Assembly (NCBI GenBank): GCA_964631685.1
Contig: CAZVZU010000005.1
Span: 1-64,000 of the forward strand
DNA from: an uncultured Actinomycetes bacterium
Lineage (GTDB): Bacteria > SZUA-79 > Acidulodesulfobacterales > Acidulodesulfobacteraceae
DNA: 64,000 bases
Reading direction: 5' to 3'
Shown here one piece after another: positions 32,434-42,710 of the stretch. The first letter of the stretch is position 1. Each line of letters begins with the position of its first letter. A model generated the notes under the pieces. It saw nothing but the letters and a program-made list of their open reading frames with translations. It had not been told where the DNA came from and ran no database searches. A program made the translations under genes and the position numbers.

Positions 32434-32558
32434 TTTTTTATGTTTACCGTCTAAGGTGGTTGATTTTTTTAGCAAATAAGTAAAATTTTAAGGTATACTA
32501 CAAAGTAGTGGGTTGTATTTAATAGTTTACAAATTATAAAAATGAAGAGGTTGTATAT

Positions 32559-33419
32559 ATGAATTATTTCAAGACTTTTATATTAATGTTGTTGCTCACG
32601 GGTATTCTTATTGTTGCTGGTGGCGTGCTTGGCGGAACATCGGGCATGATAATAGCTTTGATTTTTGCCGCGGTAATGAATATCGGTGCGTATTGGTTTA
32701 GCGATAAGATGGTTTTGTCCATGTATCATGCTACGCCAGTGACAGAGGCGGAACGGCCCAATCTTTATTCTATAGTTAGAAATCTTGCTATGAGGGGAAA
32801 AATTCCTATGCCGAGGGTTTATATAGTGAACGAGAGTACCCCGAATGCATTTGCCACGGGCAGGAATCCGCAGCATGCCGTTGTTTGCGTTACGACCGGT
32901 ATTCTGGAGATATTAGATGACAACGAGCTATCCGGCGTTATAGGGCATGAACTCACCCATGTAAAAAATAGAGATATATTAATCGGCTCTGTTGCAGCTA
33001 CCATTGCGGGTGGAATTAGTATACTTGCATGGATAGCCGAGTGGGGCGCGATGTTTAGCGGTTTTGGAGGCGGAGATGGCGACGGGGAGGGTAATATAGT
33101 CGGATTTCTTGCGATGGCAATAATAGCCCCTTTAATCGCAACACTGATTCAACTTGCAATTTCAAGGCAGAGGGAATATGCTGCAGATAAAGGCGGTGCA
33201 AGGTTAAGTGGTAATCCTATGTATTTGGCAAGTGCATTAAAAAAGTTGGAGGCTGGCAATGAAGAAGATCCTATGCCCGCAAATAAGATGACCCATGCAA
33301 CAGCACATATGTTTATAGTTAACCCCCTTAGAAGGGGAACATTTAAAAATCTATTTAGTACCCACCCTGCTACGAAAGATAGGATTGAGCGGCTCAGAAA
33401 GATGACGCATAGGGTTTAA
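32559..33419 (+). CDS. htpX: Zinc metalloprotease HtpX
   Basis: PNAFATGRNP, HELTH, ISRQREYAAD, FSTHP. Confidence 0.95.
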   Translation: MNYFKTFILMLLLTGILIVAGGVLGGTSGMIIALIFAAVMNIGAYWFSDKMVLSMYHATPVTEAERPNLYSIVRNLAMRGKIPMPRVYIVNESTPNAFATGRNPQHAVVCVTTGILEILDDNELSGVIGHELTHVKNRDILIGSVAATIAGGISILAWIAEWGAMFSGFGGGDGDGEGNIVGFLAMAIIAPLIATLIQLAISRQREYAADKGGARLSGNPMYLASALKKLEAGNEEDPMPANKMTHATAHMFIVNPLRRGTFKNLFSTHPATKDRIERLRKMTHRV

Positions 33420-33470
33420 AATAATAAAAAACAATATAATTTGCTTATAAAACTTATACAGCATAAAACA

Positions 33471-34121
33471 ATGAAAAAGATATCTCCATCCATTCTTTCA
33501 GGCAATTTACTAAATCTATCGGCGGAGCTTGAGTTGATGAACAAGGCAGGTGCCGATCTAATACATATTGATATCATGGACGGCATATTTGTTCCAAACA
33601 TCACCGCGGGCATAGATATTGTCAGCGCGATAAAATCGGAAACGGATATTCCGCTTGATGTCCACTTAATGATCCATAAACCGGAAAGATATATTGAAGA
33701 ATTTGTCAAAAGCGGCGCGGATATACTGACTGTGCATCAGGAAGGATGCGTGCATTTACACAGGACGGCCGAAAGGATTAGGGAATTAGGCGCAAGCCCC
33801 GGTGTTGCCGTAAATCCTGCAACGCCAATATCGATCTTGGATGATATTTTAGATTATGTAGATTTGGTCTTAATTATGTCTGTCGACCCGGGTTTTAGCG
33901 GGCAAGAATTTATATATTCGTCTTTGTTTAAGATAGAAAAGATGCACAGGATTATATCGCAACGTGAGTTAAAAACATTAATAGAGGTTGATGGCGGCGT
34001 AAAGATCCTAAACATCGCCGATGTTGCTAATTCAGGAGCAAATATTATCGTCAGTGGTTCCGGGATATTCAAGACGGGCGATCCTGTTAAGGCAGTTGCA
34101 GACATGAGAAGAAGAATTTAG
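33471..34121 (+). CDS. rpe: Ribulose-phosphate 3-epimerase
   Basis: ISPSILS, HIDIMDG, DVHLMI, MSVDPGFSGQ, VDGGV. Confidence 0.95.
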   Translation: MKKISPSILSGNLLNLSAELELMNKAGADLIHIDIMDGIFVPNITAGIDIVSAIKSETDIPLDVHLMIHKPERYIEEFVKSGADILTVHQEGCVHLHRTAERIRELGASPGVAVNPATPISILDDILDYVDLVLIMSVDPGFSGQEFIYSSLFKIEKMHRIISQRELKTLIEVDGGVKILNIADVANSGANIIVSGSGIFKTGDPVKAVADMRRRI

Positions 34122-34145
34122 AAAAATATTTAAATATTTTATTTT

Positions 34146-34222
34146 CGGGACGTGGCGCAGCTCGGTAGCGCACTTGCTTCGGGAGCAAGGGGTCGCTGGT
34201 TCAAATCCAGTCGTCCCGACCA
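34146..34222 (+). tRNA. tRNA-Pro (CGG)
   Basis: CGGGACG...CGTCCCG-ACCA; anticodon arm CTTGC-TTCGGGA-GCAAG. Confidence 0.95.
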
Positions 34223-34445
34223 GTTTTAATGATATTGATTTTTATTTAAGGGTGTTGAAATAAGGTTATTTAAATATTTGCGTCTAATATGCCGGCGTTT
34301 GTCGTCATAAATCAATGCCTGTAGGTTATAAAGGCAAAATTGAATCACATTTTAAAGTCTGCGTTAATATACAAAAAATATTTTTCTGCTTGCGCCGTTG
34401 CTACCTTATTTTAATTTCCGAAATATCTTATATTTACATGGTTTA

Positions 34446-34884
34446 ATATTTTTGGAGATTAGCAAAATAATCCTTAAAAGTCTAAAAATAATAAAACCAA
34501 CTGAGAAGCTAATAAATCAATTTAGTGATACAATCAAGTATAATTTGAAGAAATAGATGCCCTTGAGAATATGGGGGATGCACTTTTTATAACTGGGGAA
34601 CTGAGGGTTAAGATTTGACAGTGTCAATATATAACGATGGGATTTGCATTACTGCTGAAGATTTTAAAGCCTCCAACTGCATAGAAATTATCAATGAAGA
34701 TGAATTTATTAAATTAAGAATTATTGAAGTAGTTGGATTATAAATGACCAACATAGGAGAAAATAAAATAGAACTGTTCAGCAATGTAAGAGCTGAAAAT
34801 ATATGGAAAAAGTGGATTTATTTATATACTAAAAGGTGTAGAACGGGCCTCTGCGGGAGATGTAAAACTTGTAAAGGAGAGTGA
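34446..34884 (+). pseudogene. Possible remnants of type I restriction-modification genes (HsdS C-terminal-like and HsdR N-terminal-like fragments)
   Basis: 34446-34556 reads IFLEISKIILKSLKIIKPTEKLINQFSDTIK; from 34744 MTNIGENKIELF then, in another frame, ERASAGDVKL. Resemblance by recognition only. Confidence 0.3.
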
Positions 34885-34889
34885 CTATC

Positions 34890-35521
34890 TTAAAGAGAAT
34901 GTATCTTTGCCAAAAAGTTTTCATTTAAACGTCAACAGATATGGAACGGCATACATTTCGCTTATTTTTACTTTTCTCCTCTCGGTACTGTACCTTCTTC
35001 CGTTTTCAAGCTGGCAGTCTTTGGTGGGCATTATCACGTCAGGGATGGTATTCACCTATATATTGGGTCCGGTAGGGCTTATTTTTTAGAAAATTAGATC
35101 CGCACAAAAAGAGGCCGTTTCGCTTGCCATTTGCTAATACCATATCTCTCGCAGCGTTCATTGTTGGAACGCTCATAATTCACTGGTCGGGTTCCGGTGT
35201 CTTATGAAAATTGGATATAGGAATATCGGTGGGTATTTTAATCTTCATTCTGACAAATTTTGAAAAAATAAAAAATAAATTTAAAGAAACCGTCGCGTCC
35301 GGTCTTTGGTTTATATTCTATGCAATTGCTATTTTGGCCGTATCATTTTTTGGGAGTAAAAGTTTTGGTGGAAACAATACCCTAAAATTCCCTTATGACT
35401 TAGTTGTTGTAATTTGTGTTGCCATTTTATTTTATTTCATAGCAATCAACACCCCTATAAAAAAGAGGAGATGAAAATGATATTAGAGGAGGAATTTATT
35501 GGTAAAGAATTTGAAGTTTAA
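34890..35521 (+). pseudogene. 5'-truncated APC-family amino-acid permease pseudogene
   Basis: LLPFSSWQSLVGII...GPVGL; frameshift in the T-run at 35082-35087 to RKLDPHKKRPFRLP; in-frame TGA at 35205; SFFGSKSFGG...FPYDL; probable further frameshift near 35455. Confidence 0.8.
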
Positions 35522-35766
35522 TTTATCATCTTATTGTCATCGTCCTTCTTAAAGTACCCCCTTATATCTAATATTAACAATATTATATTTAAAAGCAGAA
35601 GGCTTAGCACATTGTCGATATAGGCTATTGCTATCCACAAAATACAACTCAACATAGATATTGCAAACCCTACTTTGTATTTATGGGAGGAAAAAAACCA
35701 TACGGCTAATAGTGTGGTTAGTAAACCTGAATAATTTAAAATTTGAAATAATATTTGATGTAGCAT
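35518..35766 (-). CDS. Small three-helix membrane protein (half-PnuC/SemiSWEET-like)
   Basis: 82 aa, three hydrophobic segments, GF...ILWI...N...GY pattern; AAGGG SD. Confidence 0.55.
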   Translation of the reverse strand: MLHQILFQILNYSGLLTTLLAVWFFSSHKYKVGFAISMLSCILWIAIAYIDNVLSLLLLNIILLILDIRGYFKKDDDNKMIN

Positions 35767-36033
35767 AATTTTTTACCCTTCAAGATATTTATTAAAAAAG
35801 AGATATTTCCGGATTGAGCCCATTCAATTACAGACAAATACCCTATCGTTTATAAAGCAGGCCGATCTTTTTGTCAATATAATTTTTATATTACTCATAT
35901 CTGTTTATTCTAATGGCTTAGATATCGCAGATTCGCCAGCAATATTCAAGAAAAGACTAAGAGTTGGGATATCAAATATGATATAATGCTAAACAAAGCA
36001 GTAACCAAACGGTTTAAAGGGGCATGAGGTTCA

Positions 36034-37161
36034 ATGAAAATAAGGGTAGATTTAAGCGGTTCCGTAGATGATTATAGCTACGATATCTCAATAGGCTCGT
36101 GCATAATTAGTGAATGCGCGGATACATCAGATATTGACGATGAAACAATGAAGGTCATTAAGGAAGTTGATATCAAAGGTCGGGTATGCGTTGTGACTAC
36201 GGAGACAGTCAATGGTTTGTACGGGAGACTCTTAAATAATTTTCTAAATCGGTTAGGTATCGAATCTTTTATCATCGTTTTACCCGATGGTGAGGAAACG
36301 AAAAGTATGAAATATCTTTCCTATATTTATGACAAGCTTGTGGAGAATAGGTTTGAAAGAGGATGGTCTATTATCGCTTTTGGCGGAGGTGTTATTGGGG
36401 ATATCGTTGGATTTACGGCGGCCACCTATTTAAGGGGGGTAAATTTTATCCAGATTCCGACCACCCTATTGGCAGATGTGGATTCAAGCGTTGGCGGAAA
36501 AACAGGCATAGATCATCCGGGTGGCAAAAATCTTATCGGTGCGTTTTATCAGCCTAAATGCGTAATTATTGATGTTGACTTGCTTAGCACCCTTGAATAC
36601 CGCGAATTAAAAAGCGGTTTTGCCGAGATTATTAAATATGGGGCGGTGTTAGATAGAGAGTTCTTTGTGTATTTGGAAAACAATTATAAAGCAATTCTTT
36701 CTCGCGATACTAAAAGCTTGAAGCACGTTATTCACAAATCTTGCGCTATCAAGGCAGATGTGGTCAAGAAGGATGAAAAAGAATTGGGACTCAGGGCCGT
36801 ATTGAATTTTGGACATAGCTTAGGGCACGCAATAGAGGTATTATACAACTATAAGATCGTTAAACACGGCGAGGCGATTGCAATAGGGATGGTATTTTCC
36901 GCTATGGTTTCTGAGGACCTCGGTTTATGTACAGCCGAAACGGTAAATAAGATTAAGTCTCTGCTTGAAAATTCAGAGCTCCCTATTATAATTCCGGACT
37001 TTTCTCCTGAAGATTATGCGAACGCGATGAGGCTTGATAAAAAGGTAAACGATAGGTTGATTAAGTTTGTCCTCGTGAAAGAGATAGGCAAATTTGTTTT
37101 TAAAGAATTAGATTTTGAATATCTTCGGAAATTTATAAAAAAAATACAAAATAAAAACTGA
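36034..37161 (+). CDS. aroB: 3-dehydroquinate synthase
   Basis: GGGVIGD, PTTLLADVDSSVGGKTG, KNLIGAFYQP, LNFGHSLGHA, HGEA. Confidence 0.96.
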   Translation: MKIRVDLSGSVDDYSYDISIGSCIISECADTSDIDDETMKVIKEVDIKGRVCVVTTETVNGLYGRLLNNFLNRLGIESFIIVLPDGEETKSMKYLSYIYDKLVENRFERGWSIIAFGGGVIGDIVGFTAATYLRGVNFIQIPTTLLADVDSSVGGKTGIDHPGGKNLIGAFYQPKCVIIDVDLLSTLEYRELKSGFAEIIKYGAVLDREFFVYLENNYKAILSRDTKSLKHVIHKSCAIKADVVKKDEKELGLRAVLNFGHSLGHAIEVLYNYKIVKHGEAIAIGMVFSAMVSEDLGLCTAETVNKIKSLLENSELPIIIPDFSPEDYANAMRLDKKVNDRLIKFVLVKEIGKFVFKELDFEYLRKFIKKIQNKN

Positions 37162-37207
37162 AGAGATTAATGAAAATTTTGTAAAATAATTGCTCACTAA
37201 TGGTTGA

Positions 37208-38164
37208 ATGATGCATGCAAAAGAATTAGAGCAAGAAATAGATTTATATATTTCATACCTTAAAATAGAAAGAGGGTTAAGTGTTAATACTGTTTCCTCG
37301 TATCACCTAGATTTGATGAAGTTTTGCGGGTATGTTGCAAAAAAAGACATCAACTTTAAAGATGTGCCCCCTCTATTTCTGCAAGATTTTCTGCAATATC
37401 TTGCAGAAAATAATTTAAATGGAAAAACAAGGGCAAGATTTTATTCTTCTCTTAAAGGATTTTATAAATATTTATTCAAACACAAGAAAATATTAGAATT
37501 TCCATTTAAGGATATAGAGTATCCTTTTGTTGCCAAAAAATTACCTGAGTTCCTCACCGATAGCGAGATTAGAAAGATTTTGGCCGTGAAATTTAAAAGC
37601 GAGGATAGTGGTTATAAAGAGACGAAAAGAAAGGGGCATGGCCAGGAAAGGGCCTATTTTGAAAATGCCAGGAATAGGTCTGTTTTGGAGCTTTTATATT
37701 CAAGCGGCTTAAGAATTTCCGAATTGGCAGGGATAAAACTTGAAAACTTTAATTTTGACATGAATTTCATGAGAATTAGGGGTAAGGGCTCTAAAGAACG
37801 GATAGTTCCATTCAGTCTTTCTTTTAAGGATGCTTTAAAAGGCTATCTGCCGTTAAGACAAAAATATGAAAAATTAGGCAGGGGCTATCTTTTCATTACT
37901 GCAAAGGGGCTTCCGTTGACGAGACAGGGGCTTTGGAAGGTGATTAAAAAGGCGGCATTACTAGCGCATATAGATAAAAATATTACACCGCATATGCTTA
38001 GGCATACTTTTGCTACACATCTTCTGAAAGGAGGTGCGGATTTAAGGTCTATTCAGCAGATGTTGGGACATTCCAGCATATCCACAACAGAAATATATAC
38101 TCATACGGACATATCATACTTAAAAACCCAGCATGATATGTTTCATCCGAGAAATAAACAATAG
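37208..38164 (+). CDS. xerD: Site-specific tyrosine recombinase XerD
   Basis: GLRISE, GKGSKER, HMLRHTFATH, QMLGH, TTEIYTH, FHPR C-terminus. Confidence 0.88.
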   Translation: MMHAKELEQEIDLYISYLKIERGLSVNTVSSYHLDLMKFCGYVAKKDINFKDVPPLFLQDFLQYLAENNLNGKTRARFYSSLKGFYKYLFKHKKILEFPFKDIEYPFVAKKLPEFLTDSEIRKILAVKFKSEDSGYKETKRKGHGQERAYFENARNRSVLELLYSSGLRISELAGIKLENFNFDMNFMRIRGKGSKERIVPFSLSFKDALKGYLPLRQKYEKLGRGYLFITAKGLPLTRQGLWKVIKKAALLAHIDKNITPHMLRHTFATHLLKGGADLRSIQQMLGHSSISTTEIYTHTDISYLKTQHDMFHPRNKQ

Positions 38165-38185
38165 GTAGAGAGGAGGGGTACACGC

Positions 38186-40993
38186 TTGACGCCAAAAGGC
38201 TTAAGAGAAAAGATAACATTAGAGTATAAGTCCATAGGTGCTGACTTGTTTGGTCTTTCCTCATTTAGTGCGACAAAGAGAATTGCACTATTCTTTGATT
38301 CTCTTATCGCGGACGCATTTTCTGGTACGTCTGTGTCGAGTGACTTTTGTATCATAGCTGGAGGTAGCTATGCCAACCTTGAAGTATGTCCCTATTCTGA
38401 TATAGACATTATGATAATTACGACAGATAAGCCCTATCGGAACAATGTTGCCGGCAGGCTTAAGGATTTTTTTTATCTCTTCTGGGATGCCTCCGTGGAT
38501 TTAGCCCAGAGCGTCAGAACGGTCAAGGATGCCACCAACTTGATGCAGACCGATTTTAACACATATACATCGTTTATAAATGCTCGATATATAATGGGCA
38601 ATAGGGAGTTATATATAAAGTTTAAAAATGAGTTTAAAAAGATAGACGCGAAATCCATTTTCTTGGTTGAGCTTATGAAGAATTTACGAAGAAGACGGTT
38701 AATTAATGTGATGGTTGATAATGATATATTTCTTCTTGAGTCAGATGTCAAAGAAGGGATTGGAGGGTTAAGAGACTACTCCTTTTGCGAATGGGTTTAT
38801 TATATCGCTAAGAAACCGTTTGCCCTGCTTGATTTTCTGCACAATAATCCAAATATTATGAATACCGTAAATAATAACGGAATAGATGCTATATTAAAGC
38901 AAACTGCTTCTTTAAGCGAAAGAGGGGATAACGGCGCTGGTATAAACGATAAAGCATGCAAGAATAATAATCGGAAAGAAAAATATGTAGCAGACAGGTC
39001 GTTCGGACATGAGCAATTAAATAGTTCCTTAAATGCCAAGGATATAATAAATCTTTATAATGGGAAGGAATTCATACTAAAGATTAGGGTTATGATGCAT
39101 TTGATAGCCGAAAAGAAATTAGACAGGCTCACATTTGATATTCAGGAAAAAATTGCCGAGGTGCTTCATTACAAGGACGGAAAATTTTTGAATAAAATTG
39201 AATATTTAATGCATGACTACTATGCCAATGCTAAAAATGTGCATGCTATTTCAAAATTAATAATAAATTTTTTAATAAAACCTACACTTTTAATTCAAAA
39301 ATCAAGACAAATATATAATTTAAATGTTGAAAAGAGTGCCAATATAGGAGATAATTTTTACTTTGAAAACGGCTCGATCTACATCAAAGATAATGAAATA
39401 TTTTTAGCTGATGTCAATAATATTTTTAAACTTCTTGATGTCTATCAAATAACGGGTGAAAGACTTGATGCTGAATCCATAAATCTGCTAAAAATAGCAT
39501 GTTCTGCCCATAAAAGTTTAATAAAAAAGGACAATTATGCAAAAAGTTTTTTCATAAGTCTCCTAAAAAGAAAAAAGAGAGTATATCAAACCCTACTGCT
39601 TATGCATGAGGCAAAGATTTTAAGCGCATTAATACCTGAGTTTGAAAAGATTGATTCACTTTCTACAAACGATGTCTACCATATCTATACAGTAGATGCA
39701 CACTCACTCAATGGAATCCGCTATCTTGAAGATATGGCGCGATTTAGAATTAATAAGGATTTAAAGCTGATATTCGAGGGATTAAGTGACGAAAGTCTGC
39801 TTATTCTAAACTTTTCCCTTCTTCTCCACGATATCGGTAAGGGATATTCTGCCCACCACGAATTGATAGGTTCCAAGCTTGCCGTGAAGGTGGCTAAAAG
39901 GTTGGGTTTCAATGAGGAAGCACAGCATTGTGTGGGTTTTTTAATACTAAATCACTTCTTGCTTCCATTAACATCTGAAAGAAGGGATTTGCACGATCCG
40001 GCAACGATTAAATCTATTTCATATACAGTAAAAGATATAAAACATTTAAAATTATTGTTTATAGTCAGCATTTGCGACTCCATGGCAGTTTCCAAAACAA
40101 GGTTTAATTCATGGAGAAAGATGTTGTTAGTGGAGTTGTACGATAGGACATTAATGTTTTTAGAGAATTCAGGGGAATATTTTAAAAGTGAACTATACTA
40201 TATAGACAGAGTTTACGAATATGTATTAAAATTTATTGGAAAGAGGGGTTATAATTTCCTAAAGACTATAAATAATCTAAGAGATTTCATCGACGATTAT
40301 ATTAGTAAATTTTATTCTCCTAATAGATATTTAATGAGGGAAAGTCCCGATAATATACTACTTCACCTCAAGCTATTTTCCAAAATTTCCACAAGGCATC
40401 CGTTTAATTTTTTGGCGAAGACCCATATTGAGGAAGATTACTATGAAATTATTATTTGCGGAGAAGATAAGAAGTCTATGTTTTCGGATATAACGGGGGT
40501 AGTTTCCTATTTCGACTTTAACATCATGAGTGCTGATATTAATACGAGAAAAGACGGAAGATTTGTAGATACTCTCTTTATTAATCATATATATAACAGT
40601 GTTGATGGAAAAATAGATTGGCATAGATTAAGAAATGTTTTTTTTAATGTTTTTAATGGCAAAGTGTTATTGCGGGGTATGTTTGAGAAAAAGAGACTAA
40701 ATGAAAAGTTATTCAGGAAAAGTGCCCCTCATGTTTCAAATTTGGTCGAGATTTATAATGATCTAAGCGACGAATTTACAGTAATAGAGATTCAAGCGTT
40801 AGATAGGAAGGGTTTACTGTACGACATAGGAATAATTTTCAATGTGCTCAATATAAATATTTTTGTTTCAAAGATAACTACGCAGGGAAATAGAGCATTT
40901 GATACGTTTTATGTGAAAGATAATGGGGGCAAAAAGATAGAAAGTTCGTCTGCACTTGAAAAGATTAAGAATGATATAATTGAAAAATTATAA
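38186..40993 (+). CDS. glnD: [Protein-PII] uridylyltransferase/uridylyl-removing enzyme
   Basis: PYSDIDI, KEGIGGLRD, YHIYTVDAH, HDIGKG, two ACT domains; TTG start with AGGAGG SD. Confidence 0.92.
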   Translation: MTPKGLREKITLEYKSIGADLFGLSSFSATKRIALFFDSLIADAFSGTSVSSDFCIIAGGSYANLEVCPYSDIDIMIITTDKPYRNNVAGRLKDFFYLFWDASVDLAQSVRTVKDATNLMQTDFNTYTSFINARYIMGNRELYIKFKNEFKKIDAKSIFLVELMKNLRRRRLINVMVDNDIFLLESDVKEGIGGLRDYSFCEWVYYIAKKPFALLDFLHNNPNIMNTVNNNGIDAILKQTASLSERGDNGAGINDKACKNNNRKEKYVADRSFGHEQLNSSLNAKDIINLYNGKEFILKIRVMMHLIAEKKLDRLTFDIQEKIAEVLHYKDGKFLNKIEYLMHDYYANAKNVHAISKLIINFLIKPTLLIQKSRQIYNLNVEKSANIGDNFYFENGSIYIKDNEIFLADVNNIFKLLDVYQITGERLDAESINLLKIACSAHKSLIKKDNYAKSFFISLLKRKKRVYQTLLLMHEAKILSALIPEFEKIDSLSTNDVYHIYTVDAHSLNGIRYLEDMARFRINKDLKLIFEGLSDESLLILNFSLLLHDIGKGYSAHHELIGSKLAVKVAKRLGFNEEAQHCVGFLILNHFLLPLTSERRDLHDPATIKSISYTVKDIKHLKLLFIVSICDSMAVSKTRFNSWRKMLLVELYDRTLMFLENSGEYFKSELYYIDRVYEYVLKFIGKRGYNFLKTINNLRDFIDDYISKFYSPNRYLMRESPDNILLHLKLFSKISTRHPFNFLAKTHIEEDYYEIIICGEDKKSMFSDITGVVSYFDFNIMSADINTRKDGRFVDTLFINHIYNSVDGKIDWHRLRNVFFNVFNGKVLLRGMFEKKRLNEKLFRKSAPHVSNLVEIYNDLSDEFTVIEIQALDRKGLLYDIGIIFNVLNINIFVSKITTQGNRAFDTFYVKDNGGKKIESSSALEKIKNDIIEKL

Positions 40994-41046
40994 TTTTTTT
41001 ATTTTCCTTGACCAGTGTTATGGTTGTATGTTAAAAGTTATATATC

Positions 41047-41304
41047 ATGAGTTTAGAGACAAAAACAAAGACATTTGCCGAGATTTATGAATCACAAGGA
41101 CATTACAAGGATGCTATTTCTATCTACATAGACATTTTAAAGGATAATCCTCTTGATTGCACTGCGATTGACAACATTAAAAGGCTACAAGCACTAATTA
41201 ATGAAGAGGGTGATATCAAGAAGAAGGTGGCAGATATCCAAATAGCCGCACTCGATGATTTTATGCAGAAGGTCCATGCTTATAAAAGCGCTTCCAACTC
41301 ATAA
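41047..41304 (+). CDS. Small TPR-like hypothetical protein
   Basis: TKTFAEIYESQGHYKDAISIY resembles a single TPR. Confidence 0.65.
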   Translation: MSLETKTKTFAEIYESQGHYKDAISIYIDILKDNPLDCTAIDNIKRLQALINEEGDIKKKVADIQIAALDDFMQKVHAYKSASNS

Positions 41305-41390
41305 ACCGGCTAATAGATAGATTTTTTATGATATGCCCCTGTCTATATCGAAGGCATGCTTGCGTTATTCATTGTTAACCTATCGATATT

Positions 41391-42521
41391 ATGCTTAAAA
41401 TACAAGATTTAATTTCCTCCATAGGCAATAAAAATGCCGCCGGTTTTTTAATAAAAAATAGCCGTAATATTTTTTACATGACCCACTATTCCGGAGAGGG
41501 TTATATCTACTTGACAAAGAATGGTGATATAATTATCTATGTGGATAGCAGATATACCGAACGTGCGAAGGCAGAGATAGATAAATGCGCATGTGGAAAC
41601 ATAGACATAGTAGGTGTTAAAGAAATATATAATGATATTGCGAATAATATAATAGCAAAATCAATGAAGGCGGATTCGGATAACGATACTGAATATCGTC
41701 TTGTTTTGCTCTTCGAGTCGCCTTGTTTTACTTATGAAGAATTTATTGATTTCAAAAAGGCATTTGGAAGTGCGGTCACACTGATTCCGTCGCATAACAT
41801 GCTAGCAAAAATCCGTTCTTTGAAGGATGAAAATGAATTACTCATCATAAAAAAAGCCATTTTAGTGGCGGAGGATTCGTTATTAAATTCAATACGACTG
41901 ACATTGGAGCTAAATTTACAATTAAGTGAGCGAGATATTGCTCTGGAATATCGAAAATGCTTAATAAATAACAGCTCTAAGGAGTCTTTTGAAACTATAG
42001 TGTTATCAGGCAAAAATTCAAGCATGCCTCATGGGACGCCTTCCGACAAAAAAATAGACGAGAATGATATTTTGCTGTTGGATTTTGGGGCAGAATGGGA
42101 TAAATATATGAGTGATGAAACTATAACGTTACATTTCGGAAAACCGGACAAAAAATTTTTAGATGTTTACGATACGGTTTATTCTGCGCAACAATTAGTA
42201 ATTTCACGAATAAAGCCAGGTATTACATTTAGAGATCTTGATAGAATGGCAAGAGAATACATAGAAAGAAGGGGTTACGGTAAATACTTTACTCATTCCC
42301 TGGGGCACGGTGTCGGGCTCGATATTCATGAATATCCGTATGTATATAGCAAAAACATGGATACTGTCAAGGAAGGTATGGTTTTTACAGTGGAGCCGGG
42401 GGTTTATCTTGAGGGAGAGTTTGGTGTGAGGATTGAGGATATGTGCTATGTTGATAAGGATGGGGCGCAGGTTATCACTCATATAAATAAACATAGCTTT
42501 TATGCTAAAGATGTGTTGTAA
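41391..42521 (+). CDS. Xaa-Pro aminopeptidase/prolidase (M24B)
   Basis: DSRY, SMPHG, DFGA, SDET, HSLGHGVGLDIHE, TVEPGVY, GVRIED. Confidence 0.92.
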   Translation: MLKIQDLISSIGNKNAAGFLIKNSRNIFYMTHYSGEGYIYLTKNGDIIIYVDSRYTERAKAEIDKCACGNIDIVGVKEIYNDIANNIIAKSMKADSDNDTEYRLVLLFESPCFTYEEFIDFKKAFGSAVTLIPSHNMLAKIRSLKDENELLIIKKAILVAEDSLLNSIRLTLELNLQLSERDIALEYRKCLINNSSKESFETIVLSGKNSSMPHGTPSDKKIDENDILLLDFGAEWDKYMSDETITLHFGKPDKKFLDVYDTVYSAQQLVISRIKPGITFRDLDRMAREYIERRGYGKYFTHSLGHGVGLDIHEYPYVYSKNMDTVKEGMVFTVEPGVYLEGEFGVRIEDMCYVDKDGAQVITHINKHSFYAKDVL

Positions 42522-42710
42522 ATATAATATTGTGGTAAAATTAAAGCGCATGTAATTACCGATTAAAAATATATTAATAAATTTTAGAGTTGATTTTTAT
42601 TTAGTTTTATTTTACATTGTCTAAAACATGTGTGTATGATATTTATAATTTATACGTCTGCGAGTTAGCGTCATTAATTTTTTTTTGAAGTAAAGGGGGG
42701 AGATTTACCA

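Noticed and set aside
34744..34884. 46-aa ORF ending CRTGLCGRCKTC as a mini Fe-S or metal-binding protein
   Set aside because: No SD, inside a decayed region, and the alternative frame looks like a gene remnant; probably chance.
35205..35207. TGA as Trp or Sec (alternative genetic code)
   Set aside because: It lies in a frameshifted, truncated gene; TGA is the normal stop of uvrB, aroB, rnhA and others here, and Trp is encoded by TGG.
37208..38164. Tyrosine recombinase as a phage or island integrase
   Set aside because: Typical XerD length and motifs, embedded between aroB and glnD with no att sites or cargo.
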